From the NCBI GenBank assembly GCA_029259175.1, contig JAPDJH010000002.1:32001-96000 (forward strand): a DNA stretch of 64,000 bases, given 5' to 3'. Position numbers and translations under genes: made by a program. This DNA is from Hadesarchaea archaeon (lineage in GTDB: Archaea > Hadarchaeota > Hadarchaeia > Hadarchaeales > Hadarchaeaceae). Below the pieces are notes generated by a model. That model saw nothing but the letters and a program-made list of their open reading frames with translations. It did not search any database and had not been told where the DNA came from. This document shows positions 27,856 through 38,066 of the stretch, one piece after another. Position 1 is the first letter of the stretch, and the number at the start of each line of letters is the position of its first letter.

Positions 27856-28746
27856 CTATTTCAGTTCAGAACGAGCGGGTGACGTGACGAGTTTTCTGAT
27901 GACTTTCCAGAGATCGATGTCCGGGGTCTTCCCGCGCCGGAGGTCGTCAACGGCTACGAGCGTGTCGAGCCCGATTTTGATCATGTCCTCTTCCAGTTTT
28001 TTCTTGTCCACCTTGCTGACATCGATCTCTCCCTCCGCCGCTGGCGATGCCAGTATTGCGAGCAGTTCACACGTGAGGATTTTACCGGGGCGTTGGCCTT
28101 CATAGAAGTCCCGGATTATGCAGTACACGGAGAACTCCATCGAGCTGGCCATCACTCCCATTCGCTTGTATGATTCGAGCTTGGGCTCCATGAACTCGCG
28201 CAGCGGTGAAAAGTGTGGTGTTTCCACGAAGTAGAGATCGTCTTTGACGTGCGTGATCCCCACCCATAGATTCTCCAGCAGCTCGTACCCGTGTTTTTCT
28301 GCCACTCCCGCCACGATGGGGATCAGCTCCGGATTCGCCATGGCTGGATACTCGGCTCCCACAACGGCTCTGGTCGTCCCCTCGTCTCGCACGCAGCCGG
28401 CGCTTATCACGAGGTCTCCAACGCGGATAAACGTCTGGAGCGCCCCCGCGGTCCCGAGTCTGAGCAGCGTTACGGGGCCCTCGGTGGCTTCGATGGCCTC
28501 GGGAAGAACTATTGCGGTGCTAGCGGGCCCCATGCCTGTGGGGAAGGCAGAGACTGGAATGCCTCGGTACTCGCCGCTGACAACCGTGTGCCCCCGATCC
28601 CCCTCCACCATCTCAACGTTTTTCAGGTATTTCGCAATTTTTTTCACCCGCCCGGGAGAACCTGCCGTGAGGATGTTGGGATGGAGTTTGTCGATCTCTA
28701 GGTGATAGGCTTTCCCCGTTGCGGTTTTGAAAGTTATGGACACCAT
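27856..28746 (-). CDS. Nucleoside (uridine-type) phosphorylase
   Basis: YHL, GSPGRV, TGMGPAS, RLGTAG, RDEGTT, SMEF. Confidence 0.82.
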   Translation of the reverse strand: MVSITFKTATGKAYHLEIDKLHPNILTAGSPGRVKKIAKYLKNVEMVEGDRGHTVVSGEYRGIPVSAFPTGMGPASTAIVLPEAIEATEGPVTLLRLGTAGALQTFIRVGDLVISAGCVRDEGTTRAVVGAEYPAMANPELIPIVAGVAEKHGYELLENLWVGITHVKDDLYFVETPHFSPLREFMEPKLESYKRMGVMASSMEFSVYCIIRDFYEGQRPGKILTCELLAILASPAAEGEIDVSKVDKKKLEEDMIKIGLDTLVAVDDLRRGKTPDIDLWKVIRKLVTSPARSELK

Positions 28747-28902
28747 GGGCACACCTTGTTTTAGTCGCAGCCCCGGATTAAAAACATAATGGGCTTTGGG
28801 AGTTTGTGTCTGTTTTGAGAAGTCTGTATGAGCCACTCGCTTGTCCGGCCTGGGCAAAGGTTTCTGAACCTTCTTTAGCACGTATGTCGCATCCTTATAA
28901 CC

Positions 28903-29175
28903 TCAGGTGTGCACACGTGTGCAGTGCCAGCCCTCGATCCTAAACTTGAACCACTTGAGTTCGGGTCCCTCAAAAGACCTCAAGAACTCAGCGAACTCCA
29001 CCGAGTGTTTTTCTTCAACAATGTAGACGGAACCACCGATCTTCCTCCAGCTCCCGGCCGGAAGGTCGTTCAAGAGCCGCTGAAGCCTTGCGTAGAACCA
29101 CCGCCTTTTCTTTGTCCCCCTCCTCAGATCCCAAGTGAAGAGGATCCAGCGCTCTGTGTGTGCACACGTGTGCAT
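28903..29175 (-). CDS. Small Cas2/VapD/PaaX-like protein (90 aa)
   Basis: ILFTWD strand, RRWFY..L helix and KIGGSVY resemble the Cas2-type pattern; TTTATAA about 28 nt upstream. Confidence 0.55.
   Translation of the reverse strand: MHTCAHTERWILFTWDLRRGTKKRRWFYARLQRLLNDLPAGSWRKIGGSVYIVEEKHSVEFAEFLRSFEGPELKWFKFRIEGWHCTRVHT
28907..28923. repeat. 17-bp repeat containing the perfect palindrome TGCACACGTGTGCA (copy 1)
   Basis: GTGTGCACACGTGTGCA, identical to 29158-29174. Confidence 0.85.
29158..29174. repeat. 17-bp repeat containing the perfect palindrome TGCACACGTGTGCA (copy 2, overlaps ATG)
   Basis: Identical to 28907-28923. Confidence 0.85.
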
Positions 29176-29336
29176 TCCCGTTCCCCATTCACGTGGAGGC
29201 CGCTTATAAAGGGAAAAAAACCCCAATTGAGCATGGTGGGATGCTTACGCTACGGAGTTTCTTCTAGATCCGCGTCCACCAATCGTTTTCCGCCGAGCAT
29301 CCGCAAAGTTTGTATCAGCCGAGCCCCGACCGCAAT

Positions 29337-29969
29337 TCAGAACTGCCCGTGGTTCAAGCGGAGATGCAGCCGCAGGTGTTCTATGGCCAGCAGGCCGAAG
29401 TATAGGGGGAGGGTCCCCTCCGCCGCCGTCCGAGCGCCTCCCCACACAGGGCACAGAATCCAACTCCCGAGCGCGAACACGCCCGTTCCAGCACATGCTA
29501 GGCCTATTTTTCGCTCCAGCGGATCTGCCAGCTCCCACACAAAGAGCTGAGGCGCGAGAACCGCTACTGCCGCGAGGGGGGCCAAAACGAGGGTTATGAG
29601 CGCACCACCACCCACACCCAGTGCGGCGCCGAGCGCGAACACTATCCATGCGTAAGCTAGGCCTGCCGGAACGGACCAGCTGCCGATCCGGAGGAGCTTG
29701 CTTCGCTCCGAGTCCCTTTTCCCCCACAGCAGAGCCCATGCCGAGAGCCACAGAACCAACACCGCCAGCCCGAAGTGCAGGCTCAAGATGCGGGGAAATC
29801 TCCCGAAAACCGAGTAGAGATAGTAAAAGGGGGCGTCGGGCGATAGAGCAAGGGTTGGGAAGAAAAAGGTGGTGAACATGTAAAATCCGATATAGGAGGC
29901 GATGAAGAGCCGGAAGGCCCATCTCACTTGGTTCTTTGTCCGTCCGCGATAGAGCCAGCGGGTTCGCAC
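29337..29969 (-). CDS. Hypothetical multi-pass membrane protein
   Basis: About 6 hydrophobic segments; GTG 29969 lies about 25 nt downstream of TTTATAA. Confidence 0.6.
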   Translation of the reverse strand: MRTRWLYRGRTKNQVRWAFRLFIASYIGFYMFTTFFFPTLALSPDAPFYYLYSVFGRFPRILSLHFGLAVLVLWLSAWALLWGKRDSERSKLLRIGSWSVPAGLAYAWIVFALGAALGVGGGALITLVLAPLAAVAVLAPQLFVWELADPLERKIGLACAGTGVFALGSWILCPVWGGARTAAEGTLPLYFGLLAIEHLRLHLRLNHGQF

Positions 29970-30016
29970 ACGCTCTATTTGGGCTCTCCGAGTTATAAAT
30001 CTGAACTTTTTATCAA

Positions 30017-30052
30017 TGTACAAAAGTGTACACTAAAGTATTAAATAGTACA
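30017..30052 (+). promoter_or_regulatory. TRP-box-like operator array overlapping the trp TATA box
   Basis: TGTACA-N4-TGTACA-N4-AGTATT-N4-AGTACA at 10-bp period; TATTAAAT at 30039-30046. Confidence 0.7.
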
Positions 30053-30070
30053 TTGGACAAAGATGGGAGG

Positions 30071-31501
30071 ATGACGAAACTGGAATCACGTGCCGGTGGT
30101 GCCCAGCGCGCCTTAAGGCTCTCCATCCGGACGAGCGAGGGGGAAAGAGACCCGGCGTTGCTTTACTTTGGGATCCAGCAACTGGGCAAGCCCTCGTTCC
30201 TGTTGCAGTCGGCCGCCGGTCCGGGTGAGAGCGCTCGCTACTCGGTAATAGGTTTTGACCCCTTGCTCTACATCCGGATTCAGCGTGGAAAAGTCGTCTT
30301 GGACGGAGATCCGGATTTCGTTGAGTTCGCGGAGAACCGAGTGGGCGACGGTGACTCCCTCTCCAAGCTTCAACGCGCCATGGGATTCGGAGAACTGCTG
30401 ACCCCTTCCCCCGATCCCCGGTACGCCCTTTCCTGTGTCGGATACATCAGCTACGATTTTATCCGGGAGCTTGTGGATGTGGGCGACACGGCAGTGGATG
30501 ACACCGCTCACCCCGTATTGGAGTTCATGCTCCCCTCACGCGTGATAGTGATAGACCACCTCTCGCACAAGACCCACTGGGTGCGCGTGGGTTTTGGAGA
30601 TCAGAACGTGTCCGGTGGCTTGGACGAGATGGGCGCTTTCCAGCCGGTCTCACCCGGTGAGGTGTCCAGTCAGGGGTCTGTCAAACAGACGAACATAGGG
30701 CGTCGCGATTTCGAATCGGCAGTCCAGCGAGCCAAGGAGTACATACGGGCGGGCGATGTTATCCAAGTGGTTCTCTCCCGCCGCATCGAGCTGTCTCCCA
30801 TGCCTGATCTGAGATATTTCTATTTGAACCTCATCCGGATCAACCCCTCTCCGTACATGTTCTTCCTTGACTTTCCCGCGGCCCGCGTGGTCGGATCCAG
30901 TCCCGAGATTCTGGTGAGAGTGAAAGACCGAGAGGTGATCACACGCCCCATCGCTGGAACGCGGAGGCGGGGTAGAGACCCGGCGGACGAACACGCGATG
31001 GAGACGGATCTGCTCTCAGACGAGAAAGAAAAAGCTGAACACGTGATGCTGGTGGATCTCGGCCGCAACGACATCGGAAGAGTGTCAGAGTTCAACTCGG
31101 TGCGGGTAACGGAGTTCATGCGGGTGGAAAAATACAGCCACGTGCAACACTTGGTGAGCAACGTGGTCGGACGCTTGCGTCCGGAATGCGACGCGTTCGA
31201 TGCCTTGCGCGCAACATTTCCTGCTGGCACAGTTACCGGCGCACCCAAGGTTCGCGCAATGGAGATAATTGAGGAGCTGGAGCCAACGCGACGTGGCATT
31301 TATGCGGGGGCGGTCGGCTCCTTCAGCTACGGTGGCGACGCCGACCTTGCCATCACCATTCGAACCCTGGTGGCCGACGAAAGACGAGCCTTTATCCAGG
31401 CAGGCGCTGGCGTGGTGGCCGATTCGGTACCCTGGAAGGAGTACTATGAAACCGAAAACAAAGCTAGAGCGCTGCTCGTCGCTGCGGGGGTGGAGGAATG
31501 A
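30071..31501 (+). CDS. trpE: Anthranilate synthase component I
   Basis: NPSPYMF, GSSPE, PIAGTR, EHVMLVDLGRND, FPAGTVTGAPK. Confidence 0.95.
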   Translation: MTKLESRAGGAQRALRLSIRTSEGERDPALLYFGIQQLGKPSFLLQSAAGPGESARYSVIGFDPLLYIRIQRGKVVLDGDPDFVEFAENRVGDGDSLSKLQRAMGFGELLTPSPDPRYALSCVGYISYDFIRELVDVGDTAVDDTAHPVLEFMLPSRVIVIDHLSHKTHWVRVGFGDQNVSGGLDEMGAFQPVSPGEVSSQGSVKQTNIGRRDFESAVQRAKEYIRAGDVIQVVLSRRIELSPMPDLRYFYLNLIRINPSPYMFFLDFPAARVVGSSPEILVRVKDREVITRPIAGTRRRGRDPADEHAMETDLLSDEKEKAEHVMLVDLGRNDIGRVSEFNSVRVTEFMRVEKYSHVQHLVSNVVGRLRPECDAFDALRATFPAGTVTGAPKVRAMEIIEELEPTRRGIYAGAVGSFSYGGDADLAITIRTLVADERRAFIQAGAGVVADSVPWKEYYETENKARALLVAAGVEE

Positions 31502-32073
31502 GAGTGGTAGTGATAGACAACATAGACAGTTTCGTGTACAATTTGGTTCACTACCTTGGCGAACTCGGGGCACAGCCGGTGGTGTTTACCAATCGAGCCT
31601 CGTTGAAACAGATCGAGAAAGCGAAGCCGGAGCGAATAGTCATCTCTCCAGGGCCCAAGCGACCGGAAGACGCCAGGGTCTCTTTGGAGGTGGTCAGACG
31701 ATTTGCTGGAGAGATCCCGATTTTGGGCGTCTGTTTAGGTCACCAAGTAATCGCATATGTATTTGGCGGACGCGTGGTTCAGGCCAAGCGTCTGATCCAT
31801 GGCAAGGTCTCCAAGATCCGGCACAACGGCGACCCCCTCTTCCGCAGCATCCCCAGCCCCTTCGAGGCCACTCGGTATCACTCTCTCGCTGTGGAGCGGA
31901 AGAGTCTTCCGCCAGAGCTCGAGATTATAGCCGAAACCGATGACGCCGATCGAGAGGTGATGGCCATCCGGCACCGCGCGTACCCCGTATTCGGCGTGCA
32001 GTTCCATCCCGAGTCAATTCTGACGAAGCACGGAAAACAGCTCCTTCGCAACTTCTTGGAGGTGAGCCGATGA
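31498..32073 (+). CDS. trpG: Anthranilate synthase component II
   Basis: DNIDSF, SPGP, GVCLGHQ, RYHSL, QFHPES. Confidence 0.95.
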   Translation: MRVVVIDNIDSFVYNLVHYLGELGAQPVVFTNRASLKQIEKAKPERIVISPGPKRPEDARVSLEVVRRFAGEIPILGVCLGHQVIAYVFGGRVVQAKRLIHGKVSKIRHNGDPLFRSIPSPFEATRYHSLAVERKSLPPELEIIAETDDADREVMAIRHRAYPVFGVQFHPESILTKHGKQLLRNFLEVSR

Positions 32074-33125
32074 GCGAGTTCAAACCGATACTGGAGAAGA
32101 TACTCACCCATCAAGATCTGTCAGAGCGGGAAGCGGCTTCTGCTATGCGTTTGCTGATGTCCGGCAAGCTCGAGCCCGTTCAGATAGCCGCTTTTCTCAC
32201 AGCCATGCGGATGAAGGGCGAAACGATCGAGGAAATCACCGCATTCGCCAAGGTCATGCGGGAGTTTGCGTTACCTGTCCGCCCCAAGGTTCAGGGGGCG
32301 CTGGTGGACGTGTGCGGAACGGGAGGCGATTCTCTCAAAACTTTCAACATCAGCACGGCCGCGATGTTCGTGGCAGCAGGAGCGGGCGTGCGCATTGCCA
32401 AGCACGGAAACCGTTCGGTGACCAGCAAGAGCGGCAGTGCCGATGTGCTGGAGGCCCTTGGAGTGGTTATAGATCTTCCTCCTGCAGAGGTCGAGCGTTG
32501 CATCGAGAGCGTAGGGATAGGTTTCATGTTCGCTCCCCGGTATCACCCGGCGATGAAATACGCGACGCCCGTGCGCCGGCAAATCGGGATTCGGACGGTA
32601 TTCAATATTCTGGGCCCTTTGACGAATCCTGCGGGAGCCACCGCTCAACTCATGGGAGTTTTTGATGGCGCACTCACAGAAAAACTAGCCTGGGTGCTGC
32701 ACCGACTGGGCTGTGCGCGCGCCATGGTGGTCCACGGGCTCGACGGTTTGGACGAGCTGTCAACGATTGGAAAAACGCAGATCTCAGAACTGCGAGACGG
32801 CGAAGTGTCCACGCACGTGCTCAGACCCGAAGATGTGGGCCTAAGCACGGCTTCCCCATCTCAGCTCGCGGGAGGAGACGCTCGCGAAAACGCCCGGCTG
32901 ATACTCAAGGTGTTTCGGGGCGAACGTGGACCCAAACGAGATATCGTGGTCCTCAATGCAGCGGCTGCTATCTGCGTGGGAGGGCGAGCACAGGATTTGC
33001 GCGAAGGACTCGAGATAGCACAGGAGTCCATCGATTCAGGCGCGGCTTATCAAAAGCTTCGCGATTTTATCAAGGCAACGGGCGGCGATTTCGCCAAACT
33101 TCAGCAACTGGAGGATCAGCTATGA
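32070..33125 (+). CDS. trpD: Anthranilate phosphoribosyltransferase
   Basis: CGTGGD, NIST, KHGNRS, GSAD, LGPLTNP. Confidence 0.96.
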   Translation: MSEFKPILEKILTHQDLSEREAASAMRLLMSGKLEPVQIAAFLTAMRMKGETIEEITAFAKVMREFALPVRPKVQGALVDVCGTGGDSLKTFNISTAAMFVAAGAGVRIAKHGNRSVTSKSGSADVLEALGVVIDLPPAEVERCIESVGIGFMFAPRYHPAMKYATPVRRQIGIRTVFNILGPLTNPAGATAQLMGVFDGALTEKLAWVLHRLGCARAMVVHGLDGLDELSTIGKTQISELRDGEVSTHVLRPEDVGLSTASPSQLAGGDARENARLILKVFRGERGPKRDIVVLNAAAAICVGGRAQDLREGLEIAQESIDSGAAYQKLRDFIKATGGDFAKLQQLEDQL

Positions 33126-33886
33126 ATATTTTGGACAGAATTGTGCGTGATGTTGAGCAGGAAGTGAAGAGAAGACTGGAGACACGCCCTTACGAGCACA
33201 TAAGGCCACCGCGCCCTAAACTTAAGCTCTCTCGAGCCATTTCTGAGTCTCCCATTCTTATTGCCGAGGTCAAGCGGGCCTCACCATCGCTCGGGGGTAT
33301 CCGGCCGAACGCCGATCCTCTCTCGCTGGCTGCGGAAATGGTGGACGGCGGTGCTGGAGCGCTCTCAGTTTTGACGGAGCGGATTCACTTCCAGGGGGAC
33401 CCGCTGTTTCTTCACCGTCTTGCCAAGCACGTACAGGTCCCTTTGTTGATGAAGGATTTCGTGATCCACCCGTACCAGCTCGAGGAGGCCTATCGCTTGG
33501 GAGCGGATGCTGTGTTGCTCATAGCGAGGGTTCTGGACGACCGTTTACCGGAGTTTGTGGACCGAACTCTCGAACTCGGGATGGAACCATTGGTGGAAGT
33601 GTTTGATGAGGCCGAGCTTCGTCGGGCCCTGCAGACGAGGGCGCAGCTCATCGGAATAAATAACCGCGACTTGGCGACCATGAGAATCGATCTCGGCAGG
33701 ACCGAGCGTCTCGCCCCTCTGGTTCCCCAGGACAGAGCGGTGATAAGCGAGAGCGGTATTGCGACTCCTGCAGATGTCAAGCGGGTGCTGCGTGCTGGGG
33801 CGAGAGCGGTTCTGGTGGGAACCGCTATAATGCGGGCCCCCGATATCAGGTTGAAAGTGCGAGAACTGGTGGAGGCGATTTCGTGA
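33122..33886 (+). CDS. trpC: Indole-3-glycerol phosphate synthase
   Basis: [30 protein letters not shown]. Confidence 0.95.
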   Translation: MNILDRIVRDVEQEVKRRLETRPYEHIRPPRPKLKLSRAISESPILIAEVKRASPSLGGIRPNADPLSLAAEMVDGGAGALSVLTERIHFQGDPLFLHRLAKHVQVPLLMKDFVIHPYQLEEAYRLGADAVLLIARVLDDRLPEFVDRTLELGMEPLVEVFDEAELRRALQTRAQLIGINNRDLATMRIDLGRTERLAPLVPQDRAVISESGIATPADVKRVLRAGARAVLVGTAIMRAPDIRLKVRELVEAIS

Positions 33887-34527
33887 TCATCAAGGTGTGT
33901 GGTTTCACACGATCCAGAGACGTCGAAAAAGCTTGTGAGCTGGGCGTCGACATGATCGGTGTGATCTTGGTGGAGGGATCGAAACGCCAAGTCGATGTGG
34001 ATCAAGCGAGAAATCTTTTGTCGAGTGCAACAGCGAAAAAAGTTGTTGTCTGCAAGCCATCGAGCGTTGAAAATCTGCTGCTGCTGGAGCGGACGTTAGA
34101 GCCCGATTATTTTCAGCTCCATCCGAGCCTATCAGTTCAGGAGCTCCAACGCGCTCGCGAGTCCCTTGACGCCGGGCTCATTCTTGTAGTTCCAGTCCCA
34201 CCAGCTGGAGCCGAAGCGGAGCAACTGGTTGAGCAGGCAAAGGAGCTGGAGCCCTTGGCCGACTATCTGTTGATAGACACGAAAGGCCCTCATGGAGGCG
34301 GGACGGGGATCACGCACGATTGGTCCGTGAGCAGGCGGATCGTGGAGAGGTGTGACACGCCCGTTTTGCTTGCCGGGGGTCTGAACCCCTTCAACGTTGA
34401 GCAGGCGATCCGTACAGTCAGACCGGCGGGCGTAGATGTGGCGAGCGGGGTCGAGCAAGCACCCGGAATCAAAGACGAAGAACTCATGCGGGAGTTTGTT
34501 GAAAAAGCGCGTAAGGTGAGCGCGTGA
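33883..34527 (+). CDS. trpF: Phosphoribosylanthranilate isomerase
   Basis: KVCG, QLH, GGTG, LAGGL, DVASGVE. Confidence 0.95.
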   Translation: MIIKVCGFTRSRDVEKACELGVDMIGVILVEGSKRQVDVDQARNLLSSATAKKVVVCKPSSVENLLLLERTLEPDYFQLHPSLSVQELQRARESLDAGLILVVPVPPAGAEAEQLVEQAKELEPLADYLLIDTKGPHGGGTGITHDWSVSRRIVERCDTPVLLAGGLNPFNVEQAIRTVRPAGVDVASGVEQAPGIKDEELMREFVEKARKVSA

Positions 34528-35693
34528 GGGGACGGTACGGTCGTTTCGGTGGCCGCTATGTGAGCGAAGTGCTGATCCATGTGCTGGAGGAATTGGAGGA
34601 GGCATTTGAGCGCATTTATCCAACTCCAGAGTTTCAACAGGAATTTCACCATTTGCTGCGTACCTACGCTGGACGTCCAACGCCCCTTTACTATGCCCGA
34701 AGGCTAAGCGAGCGAACGGGACTCAAAATTTACTTGAAAAGGGAGGACTTGGTCACGGGAGGATCCCACAAGCTCAACAACTCACTGGGTCAGGCCTTGC
34801 TGGCCAAGCGAATGGGCAAGCGAAGGATAATCACCGAAACAGCGGCTGGACAGCACGGTCTTTCCGCCGCAATGGCCGGCAACGTGGTGGGCTTGGAGGT
34901 GGAGATCTTCATGGGTGTCAAGGACATGGAGCGGCAGGCTAGCAATGTCAAGCGGATGCGTCTGCTGGGGGCCAAGGTGACACCGGTGACCACGGGCACT
35001 GGCGTGTTGAAAGATGCGGTTTCGGACACCCTGCGGGAGTGGGCCAAGACGAGCCGTACAACGCACTACTTGATGGGCTCCGCTGTTGGCCCCGCCCCGT
35101 TCCCGGAGATAGTGGCGACCTTTCAGAGCGTTATAGGGGAAGAGCTGAGACGCCAGATATTGGAGTTCGAGGGGCGCCTTCCGGATGCAATAGTTGCTTG
35201 TGGGAGCGGGGGGAGTAACGCCATAGGCGCCTTTCGCCCGTTCTTGTCGGATTCAGATGTGCGCCTCTACTTCATCGAGGGCGGCGGTGAGTCGCTGGAT
35301 GCGGATAACAGTGCGGCGGCCTTTGTTCTCGGAAGACCCGGTGTTTTGCACGGGGCTCTGATGCAGATCATGCAAGACGAGGACGGACAGATAAAACCCT
35401 CCAAGACACGTGCAGCTGGGTTGAACTATCCAGGCCGTGGCCCGGAGATCTCGTACTTATGCGAAACGGGGAGGGTGAAGCCGGGGTACGCCTTTGATCG
35501 GGAGGTGTTCGAGGCTGTGAAGACCACCGCCGAGTGTGAGGGTCTGATTCCAGCACTCGAGACGGCGCACGCGATAGCGTACGTGCTGAATCACCCAGAA
35601 GAGTTCGATCGCGGCGAACTGGTGGTGATAAACTTCTCGGGGCGCGGAGACAAGGACTTGGACGCTATCATGAGGTACTTCTATGAGGATTGA
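34524..35693 (+). CDS. trpB: Tryptophan synthase beta
   Basis: KREDL..GSHK, AGQHG, GGSNA, ALETAHA, SGRGDKD. Confidence 0.96.
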   Translation: MRGRYGRFGGRYVSEVLIHVLEELEEAFERIYPTPEFQQEFHHLLRTYAGRPTPLYYARRLSERTGLKIYLKREDLVTGGSHKLNNSLGQALLAKRMGKRRIITETAAGQHGLSAAMAGNVVGLEVEIFMGVKDMERQASNVKRMRLLGAKVTPVTTGTGVLKDAVSDTLREWAKTSRTTHYLMGSAVGPAPFPEIVATFQSVIGEELRRQILEFEGRLPDAIVACGSGGSNAIGAFRPFLSDSDVRLYFIEGGGESLDADNSAAAFVLGRPGVLHGALMQIMQDEDGQIKPSKTRAAGLNYPGRGPEISYLCETGRVKPGYAFDREVFEAVKTTAECEGLIPALETAHAIAYVLNHPEEFDRGELVVINFSGRGDKDLDAIMRYFYED

Positions 35694-36510
35694 ACGAAAG
35701 CTGCGACAGCTTCGGGAGCGCAGGGAAGGGGCTCTCATGCCCCACGTGTATTACGGCGATCCCACGCCAGAGTTCTCTTTCGAGCTTGTGCGAACTCTGG
35801 CCGCGAGCGGTGCGGATCTGCTGGAGGTGGGAGTACCGTTTTCGGATCCCATTGCCGACGGACCGGTGTTCACGGCGGCTTGTGAGCGGGCCCTTTCCAG
35901 AGGGATAAAACCACGCATGTGTATCGCAGCCATAGAACGGCTGAGATCCGAGGGTATAGACCTGCCCGTGGTTGTGACCGCCTACTACAATATCGTGTAC
36001 AACTGGGGAGTTGTGAGGTTCTGTGCAGATCTCCAAGCGGCTGGAGCGGACGGGATCATAGTGCCCGACCTGCCGGTGGAGGAATCGGAAGAGCTTTTGG
36101 AGGCTGCGAAAGACCGGGATCTCGACTTGATTTTTCAAGTGGCCCCCACAACTTCTGAGAGCCGGATCGACAAGGTGCTGAGAAAGGCTTCGGGCTTTGT
36201 CTATGTGATAAACGTCGAGGGGGTGACCGGCCCGCGCGGCGACATAGTCCCTTCCACTCTCCAGCTCATCAGCCGCGTGCGGGAGAGGACGTCGCTACCG
36301 CTGCTAGCTGGTTTTGGTGTTTCGTCCGCTGATCACGCCCGGCTTTTGGTGGCCAACGGTGCAGACGGTGTGGTGGTCGGAAGCGCCATTGCCGAGATTT
36401 ACTCAAAGAATCTCCGGAATCCGCACTCCACTCTAGAGCGAATCAGAAGCTTCGTATCGGAGTTGAAGGCCGCCTGTGTTCAAGGCATGCGCGAGCGAAA
36501 GAGGATATAA
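35683..36510 (+). CDS. trpA: Tryptophan synthase alpha
   Basis: EVGVPFSDPIADGP, YYN, PDLP, GVTG, GFG, VGSA. Confidence 0.96.
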   Translation: MRIERKLRQLRERREGALMPHVYYGDPTPEFSFELVRTLAASGADLLEVGVPFSDPIADGPVFTAACERALSRGIKPRMCIAAIERLRSEGIDLPVVVTAYYNIVYNWGVVRFCADLQAAGADGIIVPDLPVEESEELLEAAKDRDLDLIFQVAPTTSESRIDKVLRKASGFVYVINVEGVTGPRGDIVPSTLQLISRVRERTSLPLLAGFGVSSADHARLLVANGADGVVVGSAIAEIYSKNLRNPHSTLERIRSFVSELKAACVQGMRERKRI

Positions 36511-36518
36511 GCCGGCAG

Positions 36519-38066
36519 GTGTCCAGTATACTCGTGAAGCGCATCCGTTTGAGACTTAGACCCCTGGACATGGAAACCGGCCGCCACATAGTAGTGCTCC
36601 ACGAGCGGGACTCCCAGCAGCTGGGCCACATGCCGGGAAGCCGGATCAGGATAGGAGCCAATGGAAGAGAGTACGTGATGATCGCCAACGTTAGCGGTCG
36701 TTTGGTCGAACCCGGGGAGCTGGGCACGTTCATTGAGGCCACAGAGATTCTGGGATTGAAGCAGGGAGCGGAAGTGGAGGTCTCGCTTGCTCCGCAACCC
36801 GCTTCCATTTCAGCGATAAAGAAGAAGTTGCGCGGGGAAAGCCTCTCCGCCGAGGAAATTGGAACTATCGTCCGCGATATTGTTTCCAACAATCTTACGA
36901 CTACCGAGCTAACGGCTTTTATCGTTGCACAGTACACCCGTGGAATGTCGATGGAGGAAATAGTTGCTCTAACACGGCACATGGTAGAAACCGGCGAGAA
37001 ACTGGAGTTCGACACGAAACCCATTCTGGACGTCCACAGCATCGGCGGCGTTCCCGGAAACAAGTATGCCCTGCTGACCGTGCCCATTGTTTCAGCCGCC
37101 GGACTCAAAGTGCCGAAGACCAGCAGCAGGGCCATTACGAGCGCTGCGGGCACGGCGGATGTGATGGAGGTCTTGGCCCCCGTGGATCTGTCGCTGGAGG
37201 AAATCAAGCGAATAGTGAATCGTGTAGGGGCAGTGCTCGCGTGGGGGGGCGCCGTGCGACTTGCCCCCGCAGACGATATAATAATTCAGGTTGAACGCCA
37301 TCTCGGCATAGACCCTCGTTGCCAGCTCTTGGCTAGCGTCATGTCCAAAAAATTGGCCGTGGGTGCTGATCGGGTCGTCATCGACATCCCCACAGGTCTC
37401 GGGGCCAAAGTCTGTACGCGCGAAGAAGCCCGCGAGCTTGCCCACGACTTCATCGAGCTGGCCCGACGCGTGGACGTGCAGATGGAGGTGGCGGTGACCT
37501 ATGGCGGACAGCCCGTGGGCTACGCCGTGGGTCCAGCTCTCGAAGCAAAGGAAGCCCTCGAGGCGTTAAAAGGAGAGGGCCCGGGAAGTCTGATTGAGAA
37601 GGCCACGAGCCTCGCAGGCTTGATGCTTGAACTCGGCGAGGTGGCCCCACCCGGGCTGGGCAAGCAAATGGCCAAGGACATCTTGAGATCAGGACGTGCT
37701 CTGGAGCAGTTGCGAAAAATTATCGAGGCCCAGGGCGGGGATCCAAAGATCGATTCAGGTGATCTCCCGATAGGACAGTACAAGCAAGTGATAGAATCTC
37801 CAGCCTCCGGATATGTGAAACGCGTCTACAATGAGCGCATCAACGCCATAGCCCGAGCCGCTGGAGCGCCCATTGACAAAGGCGCAGGTGTTCGCATTCT
37901 CCTAAAAGAGGGGCGGAAGGTGGAACGCGGAGAACCTCTAGTAGAAATCTATGCCGAGCACGAGAACAAACTCGATGAGGCGATCGCGGTTGCCAAGCAA
38001 AACTTCCCGGTTCTGATCGAGGGGATGCTTTTGGAAAAACTCGCGCACCGCCCGCACCTAGAATGA
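36519..38066 (+). CDS. AMP phosphorylase
   Basis: N-terminal archaeal domain, HSIGGVPGNK, PKTSSRAITSAAGTAD, APADD, GPALEA. Confidence 0.92.
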   Translation: MSSILVKRIRLRLRPLDMETGRHIVVLHERDSQQLGHMPGSRIRIGANGREYVMIANVSGRLVEPGELGTFIEATEILGLKQGAEVEVSLAPQPASISAIKKKLRGESLSAEEIGTIVRDIVSNNLTTTELTAFIVAQYTRGMSMEEIVALTRHMVETGEKLEFDTKPILDVHSIGGVPGNKYALLTVPIVSAAGLKVPKTSSRAITSAAGTADVMEVLAPVDLSLEEIKRIVNRVGAVLAWGGAVRLAPADDIIIQVERHLGIDPRCQLLASVMSKKLAVGADRVVIDIPTGLGAKVCTREEARELAHDFIELARRVDVQMEVAVTYGGQPVGYAVGPALEAKEALEALKGEGPGSLIEKATSLAGLMLELGEVAPPGLGKQMAKDILRSGRALEQLRKIIEAQGGDPKIDSGDLPIGQYKQVIESPASGYVKRVYNERINAIARAAGAPIDKGAGVRILLKEGRKVERGEPLVEIYAEHENKLDEAIAVAKQNFPVLIEGMLLEKLAHRPHLE

